From NCBI RefSeq assembly GCF_000002075.1, contig NW_004797421.1, positions 1,205,735 through 1,269,734 of the forward strand: DNA of 64,000 bases, read 5' to 3'. Shown here piece after piece: positions 1-12,430 of the stretch; position 1 is the first letter of the stretch; each line of letters opens with the position of its first letter. Made by a program: the position numbers and the translations under genes. The notes beneath the pieces were generated by a model. It was not told the origin of the DNA. It saw only the letters and a program-made list of their open reading frames with translations, and searched no databases. This stretch comes from Aplysia californica (taxonomy: Eukaryota).

Positions 1-255
1 AGCGGGAGGGCGGGTTAGTGACCTCTGGGTGACCGGCCCGCCGTGACCCGGTCACTCCATCGCCGATCCAACTAAAAGAGCGCTGTCTGTACGCCGTGTA
101 GTTATTATTTTTAAATTTTGTCTGCTTTAATTCATCTTATTGTTTGAAAAAGGTTTAGTTTCCCACTGCTCAATGAGTGTTCATCAAGTTTGGCCCGCAG
201 TCCAACATGTACTTCGCATTTGCCCCATCCTGAGCGATTGAGTTCAACAGCCCTG
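1..255. mobile_element. Right end of a hAT (Charlie-like) element
   Basis: TTTGGCCCGC subterminal motif and ...AGCCCTG terminus, followed by CTCTACAG (NTCTAGAN-like target). Confidence 0.5.
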
Positions 256-283
256 CTCTACAGCACCATCAAGAAAGACTCAC

Positions 284-3200
284 CAGGAAACATCCTCTCG
301 GGAAACTGAGTGATGTAAAAACTGAAGGCCAGACCTCCCAGCAAGTACATCATGGTCACCTTGGGGATAAACAGCTGACAAAACAAAACAAATAAAACAT
401 CGTTAATAGAAAACACAAAAACCCATATGACATCACGCAGTTACAAGCACCATAAATCTTACTAAACCACGAAACAAAAACAAAAAACTAAAACCTCCGG
501 TTTATGGAATCCAAGAAAGGAAAGAACAATGTAGAGCCACTCAATATGTGTGGCTGCACTTAAGCAATGTAAAGTGAATACAAAATCACCATGAACAGTT
601 AAACCTGACATATTATAATCAAGATTTGGAAAAGAATATTTTGAGATTTAAAAACAATATGTATTATACAGTGAGGAGAATTTGCTGATTACCAAAACAA
701 ATGTTTTAAATTATCAGTTTTAAAGAAATTTGCTAGAAAGTATTTTGCACTCCGTCATACTATGTTAGGTACTTATGCATATCTTTGCCTGTATTAGTCT
801 ACTATTTCCACTATGAATATGAATATTACTTTATCAACATAATATGACAGATATTTTTCTATCAGTTTTCATGAGCAAACGTCTCACCTTGACAAGCACA
901 GAAGACATTCCCCCATTCAAAACAATCCAGTGAACAGTAGGAATGATGCCATATGCCACTAAACCAACGTAGACGGCCATTCTTGGGTAGAACCACGCAT
1001 GAGTAAAAAATCTGGGGTGAAGTTGAAATCCCAAGGTGCACGCAGACAATATAGTGATAACAAACATGTAGACATCCCGCCATATCTGAAAAAGAATAAG
1101 AAGTGAGGATGGATTAGAAGAAAAACTGTGGTTACCTAGAAACTACTGAATCAAGGTATCAACACATGATGAGAAAACAGTGTCTCAGTTTACAGCAGTA
1201 TATTTCTTTGAGAAAGTGGACAACTCCTCTGATTAGCCTGACATCTGCCACATTTTTTTAAGGTTTGCTCAATGGCAGAAGTAAACTTATGTAGCTAAAT
1301 AAATTTCTTTGCAGCCCTGAAAAATAAACTGAACCCTATATAACTAAAACAGAAAGCAGAATCATATTGTATCAAATTTCTACCTGTAACAACAAAAGTG
1401 GGAACTTTATTAACAGACATATTTTTCATTACTTCTGTAAATACAATATTATTCCATATTCTCATTTTAAGAAGTATACGATACTTACATGGTTTTATTT
1501 GACAATAACAGTAGAACAAAATCTACAACAGTACAGATGGACACAAGACAAAAACATGAATTTGATTTTCCCATCTTACATATATTTGAAGATCCAGTTG
1601 GCATCAAAATTATTAAAGACAAAGCAATGGAAGAGTTTAGTAGAGGAACGAAGCAGGAAACAATAAACAAAAATATAACCCGAAATGGAGATGGGTTAGG
1701 TATAACAATAGGACAAGAAATAAAGAAGAGGTGGCAAGGTCGGGAGAAAGGGAGAGAGGGAGACAGATAAGGAGGAGAAGAGAGAAAAAAACAAAGACAA
1801 GACGTTAGGTATAGAAAGACATGTGCTGAACTCACTCACAGACGGACACAAGAGGTATAGGAAGACATGTGCTGTACTCACAGACAGACAGTAGAAGGCG
1901 TAATGCACGGCCGGCAGGTAGCAGCCGATGATGCCTATAGAGACACCCGTCATGTCCACGGCCAGCCAGCGACGACTGGCGCGCTCTGAGTGACAGCAGA
2001 ATATGTGGAAGCCCGTGGAGCACAGCATGCAGAACTGTGGGAGGGAGAATGTGATAGACCAGAGGTCAGGGGTTAACCTAATGGCCAATCATCATCTCAA
2101 ATTATTATTCATGATGGTCAACTCAGGTCTTGGTTTTCAAAAAAAGATAGATGTACTCGGGTATTGTCACAGGGACAACAGATAAAGCAGTTATGCGAAC
2201 ATTACACACATGAAAGTCGAGAGAATATACATGTAGGTGGTTGGCGGGTGCTCTGGTGTGGTTTTCTCCTTTTTTCCCATCAAACATCTATCGTGCTTAT
2301 CTCCCCTCCTTTTTGTGTTGCAAGTGCCGTAAAACACTTACTAAAACAAACAATCATTACACACATGGAAGCCAGTGGGGTACATTAGTCATTGGTGCTT
2401 GTATGCACAATGAATGTAATAACCAGGCATATTACAGCTTAGAATAATGCTACATCTGATCTGATTGGGAAATAGCTTCCATCAAAATTTACACATGATG
2501 AACAGTGACATATAACCAGCTTACAACACACTTCAGTATAAAGCCAGTAAAAGACCAAAACATTTTCTCTTGCGACAAAAGTTGCGACTGACCATAAAGC
2601 AGACGAGCCCGATGGTCATGATGAGGTGATCAGAGAAGGAACCCCCGAGGCGGGGCAACGTGATCAGGTTGTCCCACAGCAGCAGCAACAGGAAGATGAA
2701 GAACCCGCCCAGGTGGGACCAGATGTTCAGAGTCTCGTTAGACCAAAACAACAAGCTGGAGGGGAAAAAACACACAGAAAACAACTGATTGAATAAAATG
2801 ATCCTGCTCTGCTTCTTTTTTCACTTTCTACAAACTAATATTGATCCTCATTCCGTTGCATTAATATGATTATTTTAATCATGATCTTCAAGCATCAAAC
2901 ACATTGCAAGGAACTATTCTGTGAGGGGTACACAGCAGTACATTATAGGTAAACTACACTGCGTGCTGTTTCAAGCGCTCAGAGCCTGTGTACTTTAATC
3001 GGGGTTGAGCGCTATATAAATGTCATTTATTATTATTATTAAGTGTTACGATAATGGAAACTGGAAGATCTTTGATAACACAGCATAAAAAGTTTGGGAA
3101 CCAAGGCTGTAGGTTTTATGTGACCTTCAGAAGAAAGACAGCTTTGACACAACAGCAAAGAGCTAGGAAGTTTGATAATTGCAACTTGCTATACTGCAGA

Positions 3201-3872
3201 GGTTAAATTTTCATTATGACTTTCAACACACCTATCATTGACTCAATAGTCACTGTTATCCATTTATTATTTCAGGGTTGTTGTTTTTTACAGTTAAACG
3301 CTGAGCCAAAAGAATAACAGCTCAAAGCTATTTGCATATCCCTATCCTGTGAAAACCTTAATCTGTCCAAGACTGACAGATTTAAAAAATACTGTGTGTA
3401 TAAACAAATTCAGTAGAAATTGTTTAAGACGGCCATCCATTGGATGTCTTATACAGTGCCATTATTTATTTTTTTAATTCAGGGGGGGGGGGGAGTGGAC
3501 ATTCGTACAGGTGATTATCTTATACACGTGGCCGCTAGAGCAGGAGCAAATGTAATAATATATTAATATACATACAAAAAAAGACAAATACACCCACCTC
3601 TTCATACACAAGGAGAATGGCAACATTGATCTGTAGCCATGAACAACATAAGGATTTCCCTTAAGAAAATCTGGTATCTCATGGTACTTGAGCAAGGCAA
3701 TCTGGGAGTTATTGAGCTCACAAAGACCGGTTTGGCACGTCTCTACACCATTCTCATCAATCTCAATGTCAAGAATGTGATAGGAATCCGCCTCAAATTG
3801 TTTTGCAGAAGAGTATGTGGCACCCAATCGATTCTTGATAGAGCTATATCGCTCAGTAAAAGGTAATGACAT
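284..3872 (-). CDS. PAQR3: Progestin and adipoQ receptor family member 3 (PAQR3-like), 3'-partial (last exon lies beyond the left edge)
   Basis: GT-AG exons 3872-3598, 2755-2593, 2034-1882, 1085-888 and 374-284 join in frame. They give YHEIPDFLKGNPYVVHGYR...SNETLNIWSHL...CSTGFHIFCCHS...DMTG...FPERMFPG, the PAQR/HlyIII motifs closest to PAQR3. Acceptor at 3903-3905 upstream of the ATG; probable non-coding exon 1 donor near 5619. Confidence 0.92.
2233..2350 (+). mobile_element. ~175-bp retroposon copy with internal deletion
   Basis: Matches the consensus on the + strand; CATTACACACATG is duplicated on both flanks. Confidence 0.75.
2960..3041 (+). mobile_element. L2-type LINE/SINE 3' tail
   Basis: AAGCGCTCAGAGC...GAGCGCTATATAAAT followed by (ATT)n. 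Confidence 0.5.
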
Positions 3873-4584
3873 CTTGTCTGTTGGAGGCGACTCTTTCACA
3901 ACCTGAAAGTTAGCAAAATTCACAACAAATATTATGGTACCATGTATTTTAAATTCAAGTAGTAAAATAATATTTAACACAAATAATTCTAATCCAGCAT
4001 TCAAACAGACAGAAAAAGCTTTAGGCAGCTCCGTCACATCATTCTGGGCAGAGAGGAAAACTTTACTTGCCTTCTCGTCCATACAATTCCATTTAATTTA
4101 ATGACCATTGCTTTGATATTTTAAACATATTTTGCAGTAGCATTAAGTATGAAAAAGCATTGCCTCAAGGTTCTATTATAAAGCAACTTTCCTTCTCAGG
4201 TAAAATGCCTGGGGAAAAAAAGGGGAGGGGAAATCCCTCGCAGTACAGTCAAATAAAAAAAGTCTTTCAAATTATAATGAGCCTAAATAAAACAGTCCAT
4301 CAAACATAGAACTTTGCAAATCACTATCTTACGCATTGCAATTATAAATAATGCATTGAATATGATGTCCAGCATACAAAACTATTCACACATACACCAC
4401 AAAGACAGTAGACTGTGCCCAAGACCTCACACCTCACATTTGACACTAGGATGATGGAAAAAAAGGAAATTTTCAAACAGTTTATATCATTTTAACAACC
4501 CATCAAATCTCTATGTAGATCAGACTTTGATCTTCAGAGCGTGCACAGGACACCTACACACCAACAAGCGTGACATAATAAACA

Positions 4585-4832
4585 GAATTAATCCTATGTG
4601 GGAACCCCATTGAAGACACTGTGACTACCACGAGGATACCGTTAAACATCTTCTCCTTCATGGCCCAAACCTGGCAGTTCTTCGACGCAGGCTCCTACAC
4701 ACACCTACAGACTTACAAACCCTGCTCTACTCTGGCGTTGACCAGATAACAAGGACATGTGGTTACTTGAGGGAGGAATTGCGCTGCCAAGAGCGAAATG
4801 CTCGCAGCTAAAGGGATTTGAAAACAACAACA
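4585..4832 (+). mobile_element. 5'-truncated I/Nimb-group LINE 3' end
   Basis: Reading frame HCDYHEDTVKHLLLHGPNLAVLRRRLL...DLQTLLYSG...* (degenerate CCHC knuckle), followed by an (AAC)n tail. Confidence 0.65.
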
Positions 4833-5619
4833 TATCATAACAATACGGTTTGAGTTTGAAGACTTTTAATTTCCATTTCTTTTGCCAGGTGAAGTAAAAA
4901 GCTGCTGAGAAAAATCTTCATTTCATACCAGACTCTATCACTTTATAAGCCTACATTTTTATTGAGTAAAGTCACAAAAAGACAAATGGTTCTAATGTTT
5001 GCACTTCATGCCTTTCACAGGTGAACAGGTTGTAATAAGTTTCTTTGGCTTTGAACTGAGATTAGATCAGTCTCTGATAACTGTGAATAATAAAGGTATC
5101 CAATACTAAATATAATAAAAGAAATACCCCGACAAGCTTCTCATCCATTATTAAAGTAGGAAAGCGATCCGTTCACAAAAATATAAGTGCACTATTTGCA
5201 GACATTTGGTTCAAGTGTACAAGTACACAGTCTCCAATACACACTGAGAAAGATAATTTATCACTGATAACAAACATGATGAAAAAGTAAAAAGTCAAAT
5301 TCAAAGTACTTTTTTATCGTCATTTACATTATCATTATTATCTTTCTAAAATTTGGACAAGATAAAGACTGCAATCTCGACCACATCCAGAGTAAACTAC
5401 TTTACACTGTCATGAAACATGGATCTACTAGGCCTAAGCCTACCTACTATAAGACTCGACAGTTATTTGCTAACATAAAAACAATAGAACTACAAAAGTT
5501 GAAAAACCTTTCGTTCAAAAAAAAATCGTAATGAATGTTGGAGTGTGGTCCGTGGCTTCGTTGTGACCGATAACTTTATCTTATCTGTTGCGACATCTCC
5601 AAGCCTACATTTCACTCAC

Positions 5620-6289
5620 GTGAATATTATTTTCCCTTGTTGACTTGTAACTGAAAACAACTAGATCTATCTATGTTGCACCCATGGTTGATGGACGAGC
5701 GTTTACCGGTTGTACTCGTTAGGAACTTGTTCGATCCCCCCCAGACTTCGTTACATGGCGACGGGAAACAAAACATTGTCCAAGAAAGAAGAGGGGTGAG
5801 ACAATAGAATGATCTCCCCTGAACCGTTGGGGTATTGGATGAGACAGTATAGTTTTCGTTTTGTTCATGACTTAGAACTTCTTCTTCTTCCGCAGATCTA
5901 ATTAGATGCTCTTCAAAACAAAAACCTTTTTCAGACTTGACAATACGGACAGACTTTTAGATAACTTTTGCATTAATTTTTAAAGCTATTTTTGTTCTAA
6001 TCCAATTGACACCGGGACCGGTCCACTGGTAAGAAAACTAAGGCCGTGTTTTGACCAATCAGCGCTCAGATGTATTGCAGCAGTCCGAAGCCAAGACAGT
6101 TCCGGAATTCAGAATCCGGATGTTTTCTTTTTTTGTTTACTTCAGTTATTGCACAGAAGGCTGAGAGCACAGCAGTATAGTACAGGTGTTTGCTGTTTAC
6201 AAGGATCTGTACAAACAGACCAGGTCAATTGTATGATATTGTACCACCGACGAAACAAAGGACGTTTTGAAGAAAAGAAAAGCTTATCT
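5620..6289. promoter_or_regulatory. Putative bidirectional promoter between PAQR3 and LITAF
   Basis: Local CpG enrichment. Divergent donor sites at 5619 (-) and 6290 (+). CCAATCAG at 6055, CCGGAA/CCGGAT ETS-like sites near 6102-6122, and CATGGCG near 5754. Confidence 0.6.
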
Positions 6290-6574
6290 GTAAGTATAAT
6301 ACCATGGAGTCATGGAGGTGGAGAGTGAACGTTGCTTGACTTTTGATCTCGAACAAATACAAACTAAACTGAAGTGAATAGTTCTAATTCTAAATATTAC
6401 ATTATTAGACATTATTATTTTATTATAGATCTATTATTATTGATAAAATGGAATATGATTGAAAAAAAGTTTTTTTTTCCAAGAGTAGGCCTACCTGACT
6501 TATGAAACTTTGGCTTTACCCCTCTGAATGGGTTACCCATGTCCATGTCATAATTTACTACAGTACAGTCTACA

Positions 6575-6830
6575 GTTGGCCTACAGAAAGAACGTCCTCC
6601 GAAGCGGAAAGTCCGGGTTCGGGCCTCAGTTTGGACACAGATTTTTTGCACCCCCTCCTGCCCACCCAGCAGTAATCAGTTAATGGGTACCTGACTTCGA
6701 GTTGGGGAAATAAAGGCAGCGTGGAAAGGAATTGGCCACCCTACCACTATTTGCTGAAGGCCCAGGAAGTTGTCTTACTAACAAGACAATCCCCAATGAC
6801 AGGATCGGATGGGGAAACAACTTTTAAAGA
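6575..6830 (+). mobile_element. tRNA-derived SINE
   Basis: B-box-like GGGTTCGGGCC, followed by a conserved-domain-like CACCCAGCAGT...AATGGGTACCTG. Confidence 0.6.
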
Positions 6831-7518
6831 AAGATCTATGCCATATAGATCTAGATTCTATATGATAATGTATTGTTACTGGCGAGAATATGAAATTATA
6901 AACGAAACAGACAGACACTATGCACCACCCAATGGGCAGCTGGCCATTTAACCAATATATCTGTGCTGTGCTGTAGATATATTATTACTCAATCACTGCT
7001 ATGATTGGTATTGCGTAATATTTCATGAATATTATAGTATGGGCTATTTTTCATCTTTGACACACATACATTGATTTTTTTTAATGCATGCATAAAATCC
7101 TGGACCGTTTATATGTTGTGGATTGTTAATGACTTCCTGCATTCTTTGTTCTTCAAATAATTTGCTTCAAATGCAAAATCATATAAATAACTGAGGAAGA
7201 AAGCTTTACTTTTTTATGGGAACATGGTTCCTTCTTGACTGTTTGAGACCAAGTCTTGTCATATCACTCTTTTGGACTGTGCTAGATTTTTACAAGTTAT
7301 ATTTTTCTTTCTTTCCTTTGACATAGTCTGTGTCAATTCAGAACTACAGCTGCCTTGAGCTTGACAGGACCTCCATTTGTTTTTGTTGCCACCTTTACTT
7401 ATAGTTTATAAATTCAGTTGTTGGTTGCTGGGGTGGGGGGGGGGGCTGATGTATCCACAATCAGCTCCGTAGATAATTATTCTAACCTTTCAAAAATTAC
7501 TTTTCAGAGGTCTCAAGG

Positions 7519-9255
7519 ATGTCTGCTGATGCTCCACCACCTTACCCAGGGAATGAAAAAGGTGTGTTTTACAGTCCAAGTTTGTCAAATATTTAAGCTC
7601 TCCCATACATTAGCAAACTCCACACTGATGTTTCTGTGCAACATGTCTGTTTGGTGTTGTTGTATGGGGTCTTTAGAAAACTAGTCTGAACAAGAAAGTT
7701 TTGCTTCTATCTTCCATTTTGCACGTGTTGAAGGAGGATGACGGCTTTTGCTGTTGAGAAATCGATCGGCGTGTCCATCTGGGTAAAAGCGCTGCTGCTT
7801 CTTTAGCGATACTATCAACTTCCTCGTTCCCAGCTAGTCCAGCATGACCCGGAACCCACTGCAAGTGGATGGACGGTTGGAACATTGAAATACAGGTTTT
7901 GCAGATGCTGCCAGTTTGAGCATGCCACTTTTTCCAATTGGTTGGCGGGGCTGTATGAGAGGCACAACATTGCTGACCTAGAATCAGTCGCATTTTTCTT
8001 GGTCCCAAGCACGGGGATCTTAGGCGGAGACTGCTACTTAATGATAATGATTGCTTACTTGTTCCTGCCTCTGTCACCTTAAGGTGTGGAGCGCAGAAGC
8101 AAATGGCTTTCTCTTGTTTGTTTTATCGCCCTTTGCATGGTTATATTGTTTTTGTCCTTTTCTGTGACCTTTTCATGGGCCCACCTCTTTCTCTGTATCC
8201 ATCTGAACTCAGTAATCTCCGTACTGTAGTGTTATGGTTTTGTCATTCCCAGGCTATGGCCCACCGCCACCTGCTGCAGGATACCCCCCTCCCGGAGGCT
8301 ACCCACCCCCACAAGCGGGCTACCCGCCTCCCCAGCCCGGCTACCCCCCTGCACAGGCCGGCTACCCACCCCCTCCCCAGCAGGGGTACCCGCCGGCCCA
8401 GGGAGGTCCTCCAGCCCAGAACACGACAGTGGTGGTCACTCAGCCACCAGTCACTCTGGTCCAGACCTTCCAGGCCATCCCAGTCCGCACGTGCTGCCCA
8501 CACTGCCGGGCCGAGATCGTCACAGCCACCCGCTTCGAGAATGGGACATTCTCCTGGGTGGTCTGCTTCATCCTGTGCATCATCGGGTGAGTTCTCTGGT
8601 GTTCTCCTGTTTTGTTCTCAGGAAAAGCTGTCGCGATTCTGGATATGTCGTGTTATTGTTCAGGTTGGTGTAAAGGCCTTGAATGTCCTGCTCTCAATGA
8701 GGATATAAAATGTCAAAGAGGCAGAAGAAGACAAAAAAATTACTTATTTTGAGAATGTGAACTGATGGGTGACGAGGAAAAGTCAAGATTAACATACATG
8801 TGGAGGGTGCTACTGGCTACTCCTTTTACTACCTACTGTTGTTTCTGTCAGTGTGTCTTGCTCTTTTCCTGTACTAACTGACTGTCATTTTGTAGTTTTA
8901 GTAAGAGTTCTAAAGCTCTTAATACACAGATAGGTCTTAAAAGTGCCAAAGATTAGAGGTGATACTAAAGAGTAACTTACAAAGAAAAGGAGGAGAGATA
9001 AAAACAGTTCTGTCTCAGTGCGCTTTTCTTTACTCTAACAAATTACTAACAAACTTGAGTTTTCCCCGAATGGATTAAAATAACGACAACAAGAAATGTC
9101 CCAAGTCTCGTGTCATTAACAGTGAGAATGTTTTGTTCCCCGACAGATGTGTGCTGGGCTGCTGCCTGATCCCATTCTGCGTGGAGGGTTGCCAGGACGT
9201 GATCCACACCTGCCCCAACTGCCACCAGCACATTGCACGCTGGAGCCGCATGTGA
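7519..9255 (+). CDS. LITAF: LITAF/CDIP1-family protein (Pro/Gly/Tyr-rich N-terminus plus LITAF zinc-binding domain)
   Basis: Exons 7519-7561 (MSADAPPPYPGNEK), 8253-8586 (GYPPP repeats, CPHC, hydrophobic stretch) and 9147-9255 (CCLIPFC...HTCPNC...WSRM*). Splice phases are consistent. Probable non-coding exon 1 ends at the GTAAGT donor at 6290. Confidence 0.92.
7680..8080 (-). mobile_element. Decayed non-LTR retrotransposon fragment encoding RNase H (I/Nimb/Ingi group), in a LITAF intron
   Basis: Frameshifted pieces TDSRSAM... and IHLQWVPGHAGLAGNEEVDSIAKEA match RNase HI motifs. Confidence 0.8.
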
Positions 9256-11439
9256 GGGGATGGGGGAGCAAGCTGGACCTACAGCTGTTGGCGTCGAGTC
9301 GGATGACTTAAGTAATGGGAAACCTGTGTTTCAAGCTCGGATGACTTGACAAATGGGAATATGGTATCTGTATTTATTTGTCTTTTCCCCCCCTACACTG
9401 CTGGGAAGGGACTGCCTAAGGATTTTAACGTTCCAACCGAACAGGCCACAATATTTTGTATTACTTTTATTTACTTTGGGTTTTTTGGGGTTGTTTTGGG
9501 GTTTTTTTACATGTTTTTGGTTGACTTTCAAAAGAAGATGGGTTATAGAAATAATAATGGAAAAAGAATTACTTTTTTCCATCGTTATTGTAGCTATAAC
9601 AATTTATACTGTGATCATGAATCTTATATTCGCTATATATATATAAATCAAATGGCAGTTCCTCACTTTTCGTCTTCTTAAAGAAAACATGAAAGAAGAC
9701 GCCGTGTGCATATGAAGTCAGCCTCGCTACTACAAAACTATGCTCCTGTAAACAAATATTGTTAAATTGTAGTGCTCAACAATATTTCTGCTTCAGCATT
9801 ACAACCAAAAAATATTTATATCTTTGTCTTCTGCTAAGGTTAGCGACAAGTTTTTTTATCGTAATGAAAAGATCCCCTGGTATGGTTTGTGTCTGTTTTA
9901 TTCTTGTATCGAATGTTTGCATATTTCTTGGCTCTACTACTAGCCGGCAGATTGGGTACATTCTTGATCATTAGCACAAAGGTCACATTTAGTACTGGAA
10001 AGGTCATGAAATGTTGAGGCTTGTCTGTTGTAAAGCATTTATTTTAAAAAATTATTTAATGTTTGGAATCCTCTTAAGCATAATAGTATACTTTTTTTTT
10101 AAACGGTGCGCTTTTTTGGCCCCCCTGTACTAGATGAGGTCCAGGGGGATAAAGGAAAAAGGGATTTTTTACAACCTTTTTCACCAAGTTTTAGTGGAGA
10201 GCTAATAAGTGGATAGTTTTCTCCCATGTTTGAGTAGCTGTCATTCTTGTTTCTGGATGTGACTTCTCTGTGAGGTTTAGCCCATGCAGTAAATCTTGAA
10301 ATCCTCTTGTTTCTTATCCACATGAGCCCTTTAATGAAAGCCATTGGGACATTATTATGATAAAACACCACTGTAACGAGTGACCAAAACAAATCCTTTA
10401 TCTTTTATCATGGTGCAGGAGAAAGTTTCTTCCTTCTGTGATGTGTATGCAGCTCCCACGTTTCTTGCGTCCTACTTTGAGCTCTCTCTGTCTCTTTTTC
10501 TGTCTTAGTTTTTGGGGAGAGGTTTTCTGTAAATGTGTGGCTATGTTTAAGATCAAAAGCCAAGAGCTTTGTTAGATGTGTGTGCTGTTGTTTGCTGCAT
10601 GCAGTTTTGAATGTGAAGTGTGAGGCTCTATTGATTTGTTAAATTTTTACAGTTGGTGGGTTTTTTACTCTGGCTTTGCTAATTCGACTTGTCAAGCTGG
10701 TCCTTCACCATCTTATCTCCTGAGTAAAATGTTGTCCTTCTGAGCAATAGATCTGAAACTGTCACATGGTATTAGTGCGCTTATTGTGTAGAACATAAGT
10801 TTTTGATTTGACGCCTGCATGAGAAAGGATATTCACAATCACAGTTTCGCTAATGTCGTGTATTTCTACCCTGAAATTTCCTCCTTGCTTTCTCAGTTTC
10901 AAAAGGAGCTTCAGATTGAATTTCGAGCTCCAACTTTTGAATACCTAATTTTTTTCCCCGTCCTGTAAAGTTTGCTTTGAAGAGTTTTTTGGGGATTTTT
11001 TACATGACACTGTTTGTTGAAAGACCAACGACAAATGTACCAACAAATATAATTGACCATGACACTCATCCATTACATACTGTATGCACTCGCTTATAAT
11101 ACAAGGGATTTTTTCTTCTTATTGAGATCTAAAAATATATCACTTTTTTTTTAAATGTGCAGTACGGCTAGGATAGGGCCCATCCAAGGAGAAGTAATGC
11201 TAAATAAGATTTTTGCAGATTAAATCAATCTCGATACAGCAACCAACAACTGTCAAAGATAAGGCGCTCTATTTGATGCCCCCTCCTGTATGTCAGAAAT
11301 TCACCTCTTGTTTTATATACGAGTTGCATACAAAAATGGGCCAATTCTGGAATTTGAAGTAGGCCTACATCCCCTGTATAACAGGCGAGTATATATTATA
11401 ATGGTGTCTCCTCTGCAGCGATTTTTTTGGACATTGTCA

Positions 11440-11670
11440 GTCTGTTAAGTTGTGCGACATTTTAGCTCAGTTTTGTTCTCTCTTACTGAAAATGTGAAGT
11501 TGCGAGATTTTAGCACAGTTTTGTTCTCTGTTAGTGAAAATGTGAAATTGCGAGAGTTTAGCACAGTTTTGTTCTGTGTCTGTCTGCCTGGGAAGTTGTG
11601 ATATTTTAGCACTGCTTTTTTTCCCTGTCAGCCTGTGAAGATGTGACATTTTAGCATAGATTTGTCCTCT
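11440..11670. repeat. ~45-bp degenerate minisatellite
   Basis: Unit ...GTGAAGTTGCGAGATTTTAGCACAGTTTTGTTCTCT... Confidence 0.8.
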
Positions 11671-12059
11671 GTCGGCCTTTTGTCTTTGTGCCTAGGAAAG
11701 TTTTGCTAATATTCTTCAGTTTTGGTTTTGAATCAAAAGCGGCCTTCTGTAACTTTTTTGCTCATGGTGGCTGCCCTGACCTGTATTTCTGGGTCAGCTA
11801 GACTAGGTTGTTTATTCTTTTAGGCACTTACGCTTTGTTTATTATTGCGAACTTTTGGCTTTTCAGTATGAGATAAGGTTTGCTGAACATGCTGGCTTAT
11901 TAGAACTAATATACTTAAAGAACGTTATACCAAGTAACTTTCTGATTTTTAAATGAGTGTTATTGGGGGGAAAAGGAGTCAGTTTCTGTTTTCTTTTCCT
12001 TTTTTTTTTTTATTATTCACATTCCATTTAGGAGAAACTAAAGATGAGATGGTTGTTAA

Positions 12060-12430
12060 GACAAACAGAGTTGTAATTTCTGTACATGTACATCTCATGC
12101 TTTTGAAAGAAACACCATTGTTATTTCTGAACACATATCATTCTATCGAAACAAACAGCATTGTTATTTCTCTCACATATCATTCAATTAAAACAGTATT
12201 GTTTATTTGTGAACATGTATCATACAATTGAAACAAACAGCATTGTTATTTCTGAAAACATATCATTCAGTTGAAAGAAACAGCATTGTAATTTCTCTAA
12301 CATATCATACAATTGAAACAAACAGCATTGGTATTCTCCAACATTTCCTACAATTAAATCAGCATTGTTATTTCTGTACACACACATCTCCTACAAATAA
12401 AACAAACAGCATTGTGTCTTTATGTACAAA
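12060..12430. repeat. ~42-bp degenerate minisatellite
   Basis: Unit AAACAAACAGCATTGTTATTTCT...ACATATCAT. Confidence 0.85.

Noticed and set aside
8103-8708. 201-aa ORF overlapping the LITAF exon
   Set aside because: Alternative frame of a C-rich exon; the LITAF frame carries the conserved motifs and consistent splice phases.
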